Source: Candidatus Nealsonbacteria bacterium
GTDB taxonomy: Bacteria; Patescibacteriota; Minisyncoccia; Minisyncoccales; MHMH01
Direction: 5' to 3'
NCBI GenBank assembly: GCA_016188865.1
Contig: JACPGX010000005.1
Span: forward strand, 114,081-178,080
Length of the DNA: 64,000 nt
Shown: one piece after another, positions 7,712 through 17,056 of the stretch
Layout: every line of letters starts with the position of its first letter
Numbering within the stretch: position 1 is the stretch's first letter
Position numbers and translations under genes: made by a program
The notes under the pieces: model-generated
The model's input: only the letters and a program-made list of their open reading frames with translations
Told to the model about the DNA's origin: nothing
The model's database searches: none

Positions 7712-10336
7712 ATGTCTGAGAAAATACTATGGCATGGCATCGGCTGGCAAGATGCTGTAATACAATTAGATTCCAACGCCGAACAGGGCCTTCCAGAGAA
7801 AGAGGCTGTTTTAAGGCAGAAGAAATTCGGGCCCAATCAGCTTCCCGAAGAAGAGCCGGCGTCAAGGGTGAGAATTTTACTTGACCAGATAAAAACCCCT
7901 TTAATTTATATTTTAATAATAGCTGGCATCATTACCTTAATTTTTCAAAAATGGGCTGATTCTATTGTTATTTTCGGAGCCGTGGCTCTTAATGCTTTTA
8001 TGGGTTTTTACCAAGAAAATAAAGCCAATCAAGCTCTAAGAGCTTTAAAGAAAATGGTAAAGATTGAAGCGCAGGTTATAAGAGAGGGCAGAGAAAGAAA
8101 CATTGACGCGGCAGATTTGGTGCCGGGAGATATAGTTGTCCTTACCTCGGGTAATAAAATTCCGGCTGACGGAAGATTAATAATGGCTCATCACTTGATG
8201 GCTCAGGAAGCTTCTTTAACCGGAGAATGGCTGGCATCGCCTAAAAATATTGATGTTTTACCTCAAGAAACTTTTCTAGCCGATAGAGAAAATATGGTTT
8301 ATATGGGCTGCACCGTTGAAAACGGCAAGGGCATGGCAATAGTTACGGCCATAGGCAAAGACAGTAAGATAGGGGAAGTAGCTGCTTTAGTCGGCCAGAC
8401 AAAAGAAGAGAAAACACCGCTGCAAAATAAAATAATTCATTTTAGCAAAATAGTTACGGCAGTAATTGCTTTTTTAGCTGTTTTTATTTTTTTAGAGGGA
8501 GTATTCAGGGGAAGAGATTTTTTGGAAATGTTCATGACCTCGATTGCCGTAGCTGTAGCTGCCATTCCTGAAGGATTGCCCGTAGCTTTAACTGTTATTC
8601 TAGCCATAGGCATGCAGAGAATTTTGAAAAGGCATGGCTTGGTAAGAAAATTAATAGCAGCAGAAATTTTGGGCGGCACTTCGGTGATAGCTTCCGACAA
8701 AACCCTTACTTTAACCCAAGGCAAAATGCGGGTTGCTGAAATCGCAGGCGATGACCCGGCCTTATTGCTTCAGATAGCAGTTCTGACTAGCGAGGGGTTT
8801 ATTGAAAATCCCGGAGACCCTTATCATTCTTGGATTATTAAAGGCAGGCCGACCGACAAAGCTTTAATTTTAGCTGGAGCGGAAGCGGGATTCGAAAAAC
8901 CGATTTTAGATAAAGCCTATGCTAAGATTGATGAAATACCGTTTAACCATGAAAATAAGTTTATAGCCGCCTTAGTGCAAGCCAAACCTTTAATAGATGG
9001 ATTTGAGCCGATTATCAACGGGAGCGATCAAGCGATATTGGTTTCCGGAGCTCCGGAAAAAATTCTCAATCATTCCTACCTTCAGGAAAGCGATCTTTCA
9101 AAGCTAAAAGACGAATTAAAAGAGCTTACCGGCAAAGGATTAAGAGTAGTTGCCTCAGCTTACAAAAAAATCGCAAACCATAAAACCGAGATTACTAACT
9201 TAAAAGATGAAATAGACGGTTTAACTTTTGTCGGATTCATTGGATTGGCTGACCCCTTAAGGCCGGAGGCCAAAGAAGCAATTTCGTCCTGCAAAGAAGC
9301 CGGCCTTAAGCCGATTATTGTTACAGGCGATCATCTTTTTACGGCTAAAGCTGTAGCGTCAGAGCTTGGCCTCAAAATAGAAGCAGAGAATATTATTGAA
9401 GGAGGGGAGCTGGATAAAATTTCAGACGAAGAATTTCAAAAAAGAATTAGAAGTATTGATGTTTATGCCAGAGTAGAGCCGCACCATAAATTAAGAATCG
9501 TTGAAGCATGGCAAAAACAAGGCGACGTTGTGGCCATGACCGGAGACGGGATTAACGATACGCCAGCTCTTAAAAAAGCAGATATTGGCATCGCCCTGGG
9601 ATCGGGAACTGATGCAGCTAAAGAAGTTTCGGATTTAGTTTTGCTTACCGACAACTTCAATGTTATTTTAGCTGCTGTGGAAGAGGGCAGAATTATTATT
9701 GATAATATCCGGAAAATTATCACTTATTTGCTTTCCGATTCTTTTACCGAAACTATCTTAATCGGAATGAGTATTTTTTTGGGATGGCCTTTGCCAATTT
9801 CAGCCGTTCAGATTTTATGGATTAATTTGATTGAAGATGGATTTCCTAATATGGCTTTAGCTTTTGAGCCAAAAGAAGAAGATGTTTTGAAGAGAAAACC
9901 GGAAGGTAAAGAGGTAAAACTCTTGACTCCTACAATGAAAACAATAATTTTTATCATCGGAATTATTACTGATTTTCTTTTGCTTGGGATTTTTTGGTGG
10001 TTTCTTGGCGGGAATTATGATATTCAATATATAAGGACGATTATTTTCACCGCCCTAGGGATTGATTCGCTTTTTTACGTTTTTTCCTGCAAGAGTTTAA
10101 GGAAAAATCTTTGGCGCACTAATTTATTTTCAAATAAATTTTTAATAATTTCTGTAATATTCGGTTTTGCCATGCTTTTTGCGGCGCTTTACGTTCCTGT
10201 TTTCCAGGCACTGTTAAAAACCACGCCTTTGGGGGTTAAGGAATGGCTAATTGTTTTAGGTTTGGGGATTGTTAATGTTTTATTGATTGAATTAGTCAAA
10301 TATATTTTTATTATTAGGCATAAGGCAAAAGCATGA
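7712..10336 (+). CDS. P-type IIA-like cation (Ca2+) transporting ATPase with atypical motifs
   Basis: IPADGR, AIPEGLP, DKTLTLT, DPLRPE, TGD, MTGDGIND, QILWINL. Confidence 0.92.
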   Translation: MSEKILWHGIGWQDAVIQLDSNAEQGLPEKEAVLRQKKFGPNQLPEEEPASRVRILLDQIKTPLIYILIIAGIITLIFQKWADSIVIFGAVALNAFMGFYQENKANQALRALKKMVKIEAQVIREGRERNIDAADLVPGDIVVLTSGNKIPADGRLIMAHHLMAQEASLTGEWLASPKNIDVLPQETFLADRENMVYMGCTVENGKGMAIVTAIGKDSKIGEVAALVGQTKEEKTPLQNKIIHFSKIVTAVIAFLAVFIFLEGVFRGRDFLEMFMTSIAVAVAAIPEGLPVALTVILAIGMQRILKRHGLVRKLIAAEILGGTSVIASDKTLTLTQGKMRVAEIAGDDPALLLQIAVLTSEGFIENPGDPYHSWIIKGRPTDKALILAGAEAGFEKPILDKAYAKIDEIPFNHENKFIAALVQAKPLIDGFEPIINGSDQAILVSGAPEKILNHSYLQESDLSKLKDELKELTGKGLRVVASAYKKIANHKTEITNLKDEIDGLTFVGFIGLADPLRPEAKEAISSCKEAGLKPIIVTGDHLFTAKAVASELGLKIEAENIIEGGELDKISDEEFQKRIRSIDVYARVEPHHKLRIVEAWQKQGDVVAMTGDGINDTPALKKADIGIALGSGTDAAKEVSDLVLLTDNFNVILAAVEEGRIIIDNIRKIITYLLSDSFTETILIGMSIFLGWPLPISAVQILWINLIEDGFPNMALAFEPKEEDVLKRKPEGKEVKLLTPTMKTIIFIIGIITDFLLLGIFWWFLGGNYDIQYIRTIIFTALGIDSLFYVFSCKSLRKNLWRTNLFSNKFLIISVIFGFAMLFAALYVPVFQALLKTTPLGVKEWLIVLGLGIVNVLLIELVKYIFIIRHKAKA

Positions 10337-11277
10337 TTCTTTTATACATTTTAATTTTTATTACAGCTATTTTACTTTTGACAAGATCGGGCGCTTGGGC
10401 TGTCCAGGACCTTTCGAGAATTGCCAGATATTTAGGCTGGTCTGAATTTGTGGTTGCTTTTATTTTGATGGCTTTTGTTTCCTCTATCCCGGAATTTTTT
10501 ATCGGTATTTCATCGGTGATACATAAAGTTCCGGAAGTTTCTTTCGGCAATATTATAGGAGCTAATGTTATTAATTTGACCCTAGCTGTTGGTTTGGCGG
10601 TTGTATTCATAGGCGGCCTCAGCGTGGACAGAAAAATAGTTCAAAAAGATTCCACCTTAACTGCCATTTCGGCTTTTTTGCCTTTGATTTTAATTTTAGA
10701 TAAAGAGCTTTCCAGAATCGACGGCATAATTTTACTTTTAGGATTTTTAGCTTACATTTTTTGGCTTTTTTCCCAGAAAGACAGATTTTCCAGAATTTAT
10801 AATAATTCAAAAGAAGGACTTAAGCAGTTTATAAAAAATATTTTTGCCTTGTTGGGCAGTGTTTTTTTGCTTTTTTTGAGTGCCGAGGCGGTTATCAGGT
10901 CTTCGACTATTTTAGCCAAGGAATTTGGGATACCTCATATACTTATCGGAATTTTAATTATAGGAACAGGCACGGCTTTGCCAGAAACCTATTTTGTGGT
11001 AAGAGCAGCTTTGAAGCATAAAAAAGAAATGATTTTAGGCAACCTGATGGGCTGCGTAGTTGTAACTTCTTTATTTGTTCTTGGATTTGTTGCCCTGCTT
11101 TCTCCGATAAAAATTAATGACTTTAGCCCATATTTTTCTGCCAGAATTTTTCTTTTAATTTCTATTGTATCTTTTTTGATTATTCTCAGAACTGGGAACA
11201 AAATTACCAGAAAAGAATCTCTGTTGTTAATCTCCATTTATCTTGCTTTCGTTGCCGCAGAAATATTGTTTAAATAA
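10333..11277 (+). CDS. Ca2+/cation antiporter (CaCA, YrbG-like)
   Basis: Two alpha repeats SSIPE..GNIIGAN and TALPE..GNLMG; overlaps ATPase stop. Confidence 0.85.
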   Translation: MILLYILIFITAILLLTRSGAWAVQDLSRIARYLGWSEFVVAFILMAFVSSIPEFFIGISSVIHKVPEVSFGNIIGANVINLTLAVGLAVVFIGGLSVDRKIVQKDSTLTAISAFLPLILILDKELSRIDGIILLLGFLAYIFWLFSQKDRFSRIYNNSKEGLKQFIKNIFALLGSVFLLFLSAEAVIRSSTILAKEFGIPHILIGILIIGTGTALPETYFVVRAALKHKKEMILGNLMGCVVVTSLFVLGFVALLSPIKINDFSPYFSARIFLLISIVSFLIILRTGNKITRKESLLLISIYLAFVAAEILFK

Positions 11278-11299
11278 GGTTTAATGTTAATATAAATCA

Positions 11300-12262
11300 A
11301 TGCAAAATCAGTTTCTCGCTTTGATAGTTTTCTTTATTGTCGCGATAGCTGTTGGAGTGTTTTATTTTTTAATTAAGAAATCAAAAACTGACAGCAACCA
11401 AACCGAAGCCATAAAAGATTTGGAAAGGCGAATGACCGATTTAATGATGGGCCAGTCCAGAAACATGAACGACCAGATTCGTTCTTTTACGCAAGAAGCG
11501 ACTAAAATCAGGGAAGATTTGAAGCAAGTGCAAGACAGCGTTAAAGATGTTTCTACTTTTCAGGACATTTTTAGGTCGCCAAAATTAAGGGGTCAATGGG
11601 GCGAAGCTTCGTTGGAACATATTTTATCTCAACATTTTCCGGCAGAGCTTTTTAAAATTCAGCATTTATTTTCCTCGGGAGAGCAGGTGGACGCTGTCTT
11701 GAAGCTGCCCAATGGCAGAATTCTGCCCATTGACGCCAAGTTTCCTTCGGAAAATTTTGAAAAGATGATAAATACCGCCTCTGAAACAGAAAAGAATTTT
11801 TATAAAAAGACTTTTTTGGAAGACGTAAAATTTAAAATAAACGATATTGCCGCCAAATACATATTGCCATCGGAAGGCACGGTTGACTTTGCTTTAATGT
11901 ATATCCCCGCAGAAGCTATTTATTACGAAATTATCAACAATATCGGCAAAGAGGTTGATATGGCTTCTTTTGCCTGGTCAAAGAAAATCATTTTAACTTC
12001 GCCCAATACCATATATTTAGCTTTAAGGACTATTGAGCATTGGTTTAAAGATACGCAAATTTCAAAGCAAACACAGGAAATTTTAAAGAAATTAGGCAGA
12101 GTTCATCAAGACGCCCAAAAACTTATGGATGACTTCAGGAAATTGGGCAGTCATTTATCTAACGCTAAGTCTGCTTTCGACTCTTCAGAAAAACGCTTGA
12201 TTATGCTGGACGATAAGGTAGAAAAGCTAGAAGAAGTAGGGGAGACCAAGAAACTTGAGTGA
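11300..12262 (+). CDS. rmuC: DNA recombination protein RmuC
   Basis: RGQWGE, PIDAKFP, YILPSEGTVDFALMYIPAE. Confidence 0.93.
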   Translation: MQNQFLALIVFFIVAIAVGVFYFLIKKSKTDSNQTEAIKDLERRMTDLMMGQSRNMNDQIRSFTQEATKIREDLKQVQDSVKDVSTFQDIFRSPKLRGQWGEASLEHILSQHFPAELFKIQHLFSSGEQVDAVLKLPNGRILPIDAKFPSENFEKMINTASETEKNFYKKTFLEDVKFKINDIAAKYILPSEGTVDFALMYIPAEAIYYEIINNIGKEVDMASFAWSKKIILTSPNTIYLALRTIEHWFKDTQISKQTQEILKKLGRVHQDAQKLMDDFRKLGSHLSNAKSAFDSSEKRLIMLDDKVEKLEEVGETKKLE

Positions 12263-12263
12263 C

Positions 12264-12325
12264 GATATTCGGGAGGAGGTCCGACCTCCCGACAAATATG
12301 ACGGGAGGTCGGACCTCCAGATATT
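12264..12325. repeat. REP-doublet (REPIN-like) element
   Basis: GGAGGT-CCG-ACCTCC (12275-12289) + CGACAAATATGACG + GGAGGT-CGG-ACCTCC (12304-12318). Confidence 0.85.
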
Positions 12326-12366
12326 AAGGTATTGCATTTTTTTAGCAAAGTAGTAGTATAAACGAT

Positions 12367-12681
12367 ATGTTGGCGGTCATTAAAACCGGAGGGAAACAAT
12401 ATATTGTTGCTCCCGGACAAAAAATTAAAGTTGAGAAATTAGATAAAAAAGAAGGCTCGGAAATAGCCTTTAATGAGGTTTTATTATTGGAGAAAAGCAA
12501 CTACCTTGAGATTGGTTCTCCTTTCGTTCAAGACGCAAAAGTTACGGCTAAGGTCTTAAGCCACGGCAAAGGAGAAAAAGTGATTGCTTATAAATACAAA
12601 GCCAAAAAGCGCTATCATCGCAAAAAAGGCCACCGCCAATCTTTCACCGAAGTGGAAATTACCAGCCTCGAAACTAAATAA
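12367..12681 (+). CDS. rplU: 50S ribosomal protein L21
   Basis: AVIKTGGKQY, GHRQ. Confidence 0.97.
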   Translation: MLAVIKTGGKQYIVAPGQKIKVEKLDKKEGSEIAFNEVLLLEKSNYLEIGSPFVQDAKVTAKVLSHGKGEKVIAYKYKAKKRYHRKKGHRQSFTEVEITSLETK

Positions 12682-12712
12682 AATGTGCGCTCCCCGAGAG
12701 TGCACATTTTTA
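12680..12712 (+). terminator. Intrinsic terminator after rplU
   Basis: AAAATGTGCGCTC..GAGTGCACATTTT. Confidence 0.7.
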
Positions 12713-12736
12713 TTATTTTCTATTATAGCGACACGT

Positions 12737-13506
12737 TGTTAGACACTCGGTGTTGGACACCGAGTGTCTAACAATCTTCAATCAAGTAATTGTTTTTCAT
12801 CTAGTATTTTGGATAAATCTTTAGCTCCGCTTGTTTCCACGAATAATTTATACTTTTCACTGCTAGAAAATTGTTTGGTGACAATGCCAGTTTCTAAAAG
12901 ATTTCCCCACCGATTTTTATTTATACAATCCTGGTAACTAGAATAAGGGAAGAGGTGTTCTCTGTCGGCCCATTCCTTGATTTCTCTTGGATTGCGGTGA
13001 ATATAAGCGGAGAGATAAAGAAGCTGGTCGTCATTTTTAATATGGACAATTTGAAATGGGCCCTGAAAAAGATGCCCCGAGATTTTATATTTTGTATTGA
13101 AGTATTTTGTATAAGCGTTTAAAACTCTTTGCATATATTGGGAAATACCGTTTTCTTTTAATCCGTGGATAATTAAATGGAAATGATTTGGCATCAGCGT
13201 GAAATTAATCAATTCTATGCTTCGATTTTTTATTATTTCCTCTACAACCTCCCGCGAGATGTTAAACACCGAGTGTCTAACAAAGCAGGCAACTTGTCTG
13301 CCGAGATTATAGAAAGTCAAATGAGATTGGCAGTGAGTGATTAAGAAAAGAAATCTTATCCAATCTTTTTCATCACGAAAAACTGGTTGTTTATTATTAC
13401 CCCTATTGTAGATGTGATAATATTCTCCGGAAACAATTTTAACTTTTCTCATACGTTCTTATTCTAGCATGTTAGACACTCGGTGTCCAACACCGAGTGT
13501 CTAACA
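12737..13506 (-). mobile_element. RAYT element 1: Y1 transposase gene between 37-bp perfect inverted palindromic ends
   Basis: TGTTAGACACTCGGTGTTGGACACCGAGTGTCTAACA at 12737-12773 and its exact reverse complement at 13470-13506; internal copy 13260-13282. Confidence 0.88.
12778..13452 (-). CDS. REP-associated tyrosine transposase (HUH/Y1)
   Basis: YYHIYNRG, MPNHFH (HUH), FQGPF, YIHRNP (catalytic Tyr), YSSY. Confidence 0.92.
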   Translation of the reverse strand: MRKVKIVSGEYYHIYNRGNNKQPVFRDEKDWIRFLFLITHCQSHLTFYNLGRQVACFVRHSVFNISREVVEEIIKNRSIELINFTLMPNHFHLIIHGLKENGISQYMQRVLNAYTKYFNTKYKISGHLFQGPFQIVHIKNDDQLLYLSAYIHRNPREIKEWADREHLFPYSSYQDCINKNRWGNLLETGIVTKQFSSSEKYKLFVETSGAKDLSKILDEKQLLD

Positions 13507-13562
13507 TGGCAGGATTATTCAACATAGTGCCCAACATTTACTAGTGGGACTTAAACAAAATG

Positions 13563-13641
13563 ACCCCCGTTGAATACAGGGATCATTTGCTGGCATTAAA
13601 TGCCTAAAACGTGCTTTTTTATTCGTGTCCACTAAACGGGG
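13563..13641. repeat. Short element with CCCCGTT..AACGGGG termini
   Basis: ACCCCCGT + 62 nt + TAAACGGGG; the same ends are joined directly at 25363-25379. Confidence 0.55.
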
Positions 13642-13665
13642 TACACTTCACACCCGTGTATTTTT

Positions 13666-14262
13666 TTATTTCCTATTGTCAAGGGCGGAGGAGAGGGTTT
13701 CGTCGTCGGCGTATTCGAGTTCGGAGCCGACGGGCAGGCCGCGGCCGAGCTTGGTAACTTTTTTGCCAAGAGGCGCAAGGGTTCTTTCTAAGTATAGGGA
13801 AGTGGCTTCGCCTTCAGTAGTAGGATTAGTGGCTATAATAATTTCTTGAATTTCAGGCAATTTAGTAATTTCCAGCAGTTCTTTTACCCTTAGTTTTTCT
13901 ATATCTTCTTTTCTTAGTTTGGAAACAGTGCCCCCCAAAATAAAATACCTCCCGTGGTATTTTTTTGTTTTTTCAATGGTTTCTAGGTCGGTTTCTTTTT
14001 CCACAACACAGAGCAACGTTTTATCTCGGCCATTATCAGAGCAAATTGCGCAGAGTTCTATCTCTCCCTCAAATGGTTTGAAACAAAAAGAACATAGTTT
14101 TACTTTGTTTTTTAAATCAGCGATAGATTCAATGGCTTCTTTTACCTCGCTTTTGGGAAGTTTTAGCAAATAAAAAACAAAACGGGCGGCTGTTCTGGGG
14201 CCTACCGTGGGAAACTTGGAAAATATTGCGATTAGCCTTTCAATGGAAGGGGAGTAAGCCAT
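13666..14262 (-). CDS. recR: Recombination mediator RecR
   Basis: PTVGPRTAAR HhH, C4 zinc finger, Toprim ATNPTTEGEAT, ELEYAD. Confidence 0.97.
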   Translation of the reverse strand: MAYSPSIERLIAIFSKFPTVGPRTAARFVFYLLKLPKSEVKEAIESIADLKNKVKLCSFCFKPFEGEIELCAICSDNGRDKTLLCVVEKETDLETIEKTKKYHGRYFILGGTVSKLRKEDIEKLRVKELLEITKLPEIQEIIIATNPTTEGEATSLYLERTLAPLGKKVTKLGRGLPVGSELEYADDETLSSALDNRK

Positions 14263-14263
14263 T

Positions 14264-15616
14264 TTAAAAATCTTCGTTTACGTGGGTTTTGTCTAAATTT
14301 CTGAATGTTACTCTTTGGTCATCAAAAAACAGTTTTACGCTGCCGGTTGGTCCGTTTCTGTGTTTGGCAACAATAATTTCAGCCACATTGCTGGGCACGG
14401 TTTCACCTCTTTCTTTTTCGCGGTAGATGAAAAGTACGACGTCAGCATCTTGCTCCAGCGATCCGGACTGTCTAAGGTCGGCTAGTTTTGGTCGGGGAGG
14501 GATTCTTGCTTCTACGGCTCTAGATAGCTGAGAAAGAGCCAAAACAGGCACTTCTAATTCTCTAGCTAAACTTTTTAATGACCTCGATATTTCTGTAACC
14601 TGCTGGACTTCGCCGACATTGGTATTTCTTGGTTCCATTAATTGCAGATAATCTATCACAATCAAACCTAAACCTTTTTCTGCCTGGAGGCGTCTAGCCA
14701 TAGCTCTCATTTGAAGAATATTTGATGTGGCGGCATCATCAATATAAATTGGAGCACCGGAAAGATCTGCCATAGCTTGCTGAATTTTCGTGAAGTCATT
14801 TTCTTCGCCTGTACTTGAAAGTTTTCCAGTCCTTATCCGCCAAGCATCTACGCCAGATTGTGCAGAAATGAGCCTGTCAACGATTTGATCTTTCGACATT
14901 TCCAAACTGAATATCCCTACGGGAATTTTTTGCTGATTGGCAATATTTCTGGCTATATCTACTGCCAAAGCCGATTTTCCCATGGAAGGCCGGGCGGCTA
15001 AAATAATCAAATCAGATTTTTGCAGGCCAGCTAGTTTGTTGTCTAAGTCCGCAAAGCCGGTAGGCAGGCCGCGCAGCGCTCCCTCATATTTTGAAAGCTT
15101 GTCCAGTCTTTCAAAAGCATCTTCCAGCGTGTCTTTTACTGCTATAAAATTTTGGTTAAGAGATTTTTGGGTGATGCTGAAAATTTTCTTTTCAGCTTGG
15201 TCCAGCAATTCATCAACTTCTTCAGTCTCGTTATAGCCCATTAGCCCAATATCATAAGAAGCTTCTATTAAATCGCGCAAGATTCTTTTCTTTTGGACGA
15301 TTTTAGCATAGTTCAAAACATGAGCGGCCGTAGGCACGGTATTAATGAGTTCGGTTAAATAGGCGCTTCCGCCGATTTCTGGCAAAGTATTCTTTTCTTT
15401 AAGCCGGGCTGAAACCGACAATAAATCAATGGGTTCGTTTCTTTCAAAAAGATCCTGCGTAGCAGAATAAATCTCCTGATGAATGCCCCTATAAAAGTCT
15501 TTCGGCTGCAAAAAATCCACCACTTTTATAATAGCGTTTTTATCGAGCATCAAGCAGCCCAAAAGTGATTTTTCTGCTTCAATATTTTGCGGAGGAATTT
15601 TATCGGGTGTTTCCAT
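14264..15616 (-). CDS. dnaB: Replicative DNA helicase DnaB
   Basis: PPQNIEAE, AARPSMGKS, IDYLQL, LSQLSR, SGSLEQDAD, KHRNGP. Confidence 0.98.
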   Translation of the reverse strand: METPDKIPPQNIEAEKSLLGCLMLDKNAIIKVVDFLQPKDFYRGIHQEIYSATQDLFERNEPIDLLSVSARLKEKNTLPEIGGSAYLTELINTVPTAAHVLNYAKIVQKKRILRDLIEASYDIGLMGYNETEEVDELLDQAEKKIFSITQKSLNQNFIAVKDTLEDAFERLDKLSKYEGALRGLPTGFADLDNKLAGLQKSDLIILAARPSMGKSALAVDIARNIANQQKIPVGIFSLEMSKDQIVDRLISAQSGVDAWRIRTGKLSSTGEENDFTKIQQAMADLSGAPIYIDDAATSNILQMRAMARRLQAEKGLGLIVIDYLQLMEPRNTNVGEVQQVTEISRSLKSLARELEVPVLALSQLSRAVEARIPPRPKLADLRQSGSLEQDADVVLFIYREKERGETVPSNVAEIIVAKHRNGPTGSVKLFFDDQRVTFRNLDKTHVNEDF

Positions 15617-15655
15617 ACTTGATTAGTATACTAAAGTTTCTTGAATAGTTCAAAT

Positions 15656-15680
15656 TTTAGGAGGTCGAACCTCTAAATAT
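15656..15680. repeat. Single GAGGT-CGA-ACCTC palindrome
   Basis: TTTAGGAGGTCGAACCTCTAAATAT between cysS and dnaB. Confidence 0.7.
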
Positions 15681-17047
15681 TATCGTTGAATTTTTTTTAA
15701 TTTCGAGCCTTGCTTGGTATCTTCAACCTGCCAGTCGAGCTTTATTATCTCATTTCTTATTTCATCGGCTTTTTGCCAGTCGCTTTTTTTTCGATATTCT
15801 TGGCGTTGCCTGACTAAGTCAAGCAACGCTTTCGGGGGCTTTTTTTGGTGTTTTGGCCAGAAGATAAAGTTTAAAAATTCGTCAATCTGTTTTAGAAATT
15901 TTAAAGTATCTTTAGCATCTAAAGTATTTTTTTGGCGCATTAGGTCAAATATCACGGCAATGGCTTTCGGCGTGTTAAAGTCGTCTTCCATGGCTTTTTC
16001 GAAGTTGGTTTCCAATTTTTTGATTTCCGAAATCCTCTCAAATTTGAGTGGATTTCGGAAATCTTTTAATCTGTCGACGAATTCATCAATCTTTTCCAAT
16101 TCTCTTTCGGCCTGCGCGACAGATTCTTCGGTATAATCAATAGGCGAACGGTAATGATTTTTTAGTATCAAAAATCTTAATAAGCGGGGGGAGTATTTTT
16201 CTGTAAAGTCTTTAATGGTTATAAAATTGCCTAGCGATTTAGACATTTTTTGCCCATTGACTTTTAAAAAGCCGGGATGCAGCCAGTATTTTACCATCGG
16301 CCTTTTACTGGAGATAGCTTCCATTTGAGCTATTTCAGCCTCGTGGTGGGGGAACATTAAATCAACCGCTCCTCCGTGCATATCATACTGGGAGCCGAAG
16401 AATTTTTCGGTAATGGCCGTATCCTCTATGTGCCAGCCTGGTCTGCCAAAACCCCACGGGCTAGGCCATTTGGGTTCTCCGGGTTTGGAGATTTTCCATA
16501 AAGCAAAGTCCCCTTTATTTTTTTTGCTTACAGCTTCATCGATTCTGGAAACCGCATCTTCTGCCTGCAGGGCGGTTCTTCCCGATAATTTTCCGTAATT
16601 TTTAAACTTTGAAATATCGTAATAAATACCGTCTTCTATCTGATAGGCATACTTTTTATCCAGCAGTTTTTTCACTTGGCCGATTATTTCTTTTATGTAA
16701 TCTGTAGCTCTTGCGTATTTTGTAACAGCATTAACCTTCAAATTCTTCATATCTTCCGAATATTTTTTTTCAAAATTTCGGGCTAGTTTTAAAGGAGAAA
16801 TTCCTTTTTCTTTTGCTCGGTTTATAATTTTGTCGTCGATGTCAGTAATATTCTGCAAATAAAAAATATTAAAGCCTCTTTGCTTTAAATATTTTGCAAT
16901 CATGTCAAAAGCCAGATATGTTCTAGCGTGCCCGATATGGGCTGAATCGTAAACCGTCGGCCCGCAAACAAAAAGTTTTATTTTTTTGCCATGGGCTGGC
17001 TTGAATATTTCTTTTTTCCGCGTTAAGGTACTATAAAGCTTTAGCAT
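15680..17047 (-). CDS. cysS: Cysteine--tRNA ligase
   Basis: CGPTVY, HIGH, GRPGWHIE, KMSKS. Confidence 0.98.
   Translation of the reverse strand: MLKLYSTLTRKKEIFKPAHGKKIKLFVCGPTVYDSAHIGHARTYLAFDMIAKYLKQRGFNIFYLQNITDIDDKIINRAKEKGISPLKLARNFEKKYSEDMKNLKVNAVTKYARATDYIKEIIGQVKKLLDKKYAYQIEDGIYYDISKFKNYGKLSGRTALQAEDAVSRIDEAVSKKNKGDFALWKISKPGEPKWPSPWGFGRPGWHIEDTAITEKFFGSQYDMHGGAVDLMFPHHEAEIAQMEAISSKRPMVKYWLHPGFLKVNGQKMSKSLGNFITIKDFTEKYSPRLLRFLILKNHYRSPIDYTEESVAQAERELEKIDEFVDRLKDFRNPLKFERISEIKKLETNFEKAMEDDFNTPKAIAVIFDLMRQKNTLDAKDTLKFLKQIDEFLNFIFWPKHQKKPPKALLDLVRQRQEYRKKSDWQKADEIRNEIIKLDWQVEDTKQGSKLKKIQR
16022..16063. repeat. Palindrome doublet inside cysS
   Basis: GATTT-CCG-AAATC + CTCTCAAATTTGAGTG + GATTT-CGG-AAATC (42 nt). 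Confidence 0.85.
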
Positions 17048-17056
17048 GATTTTATT

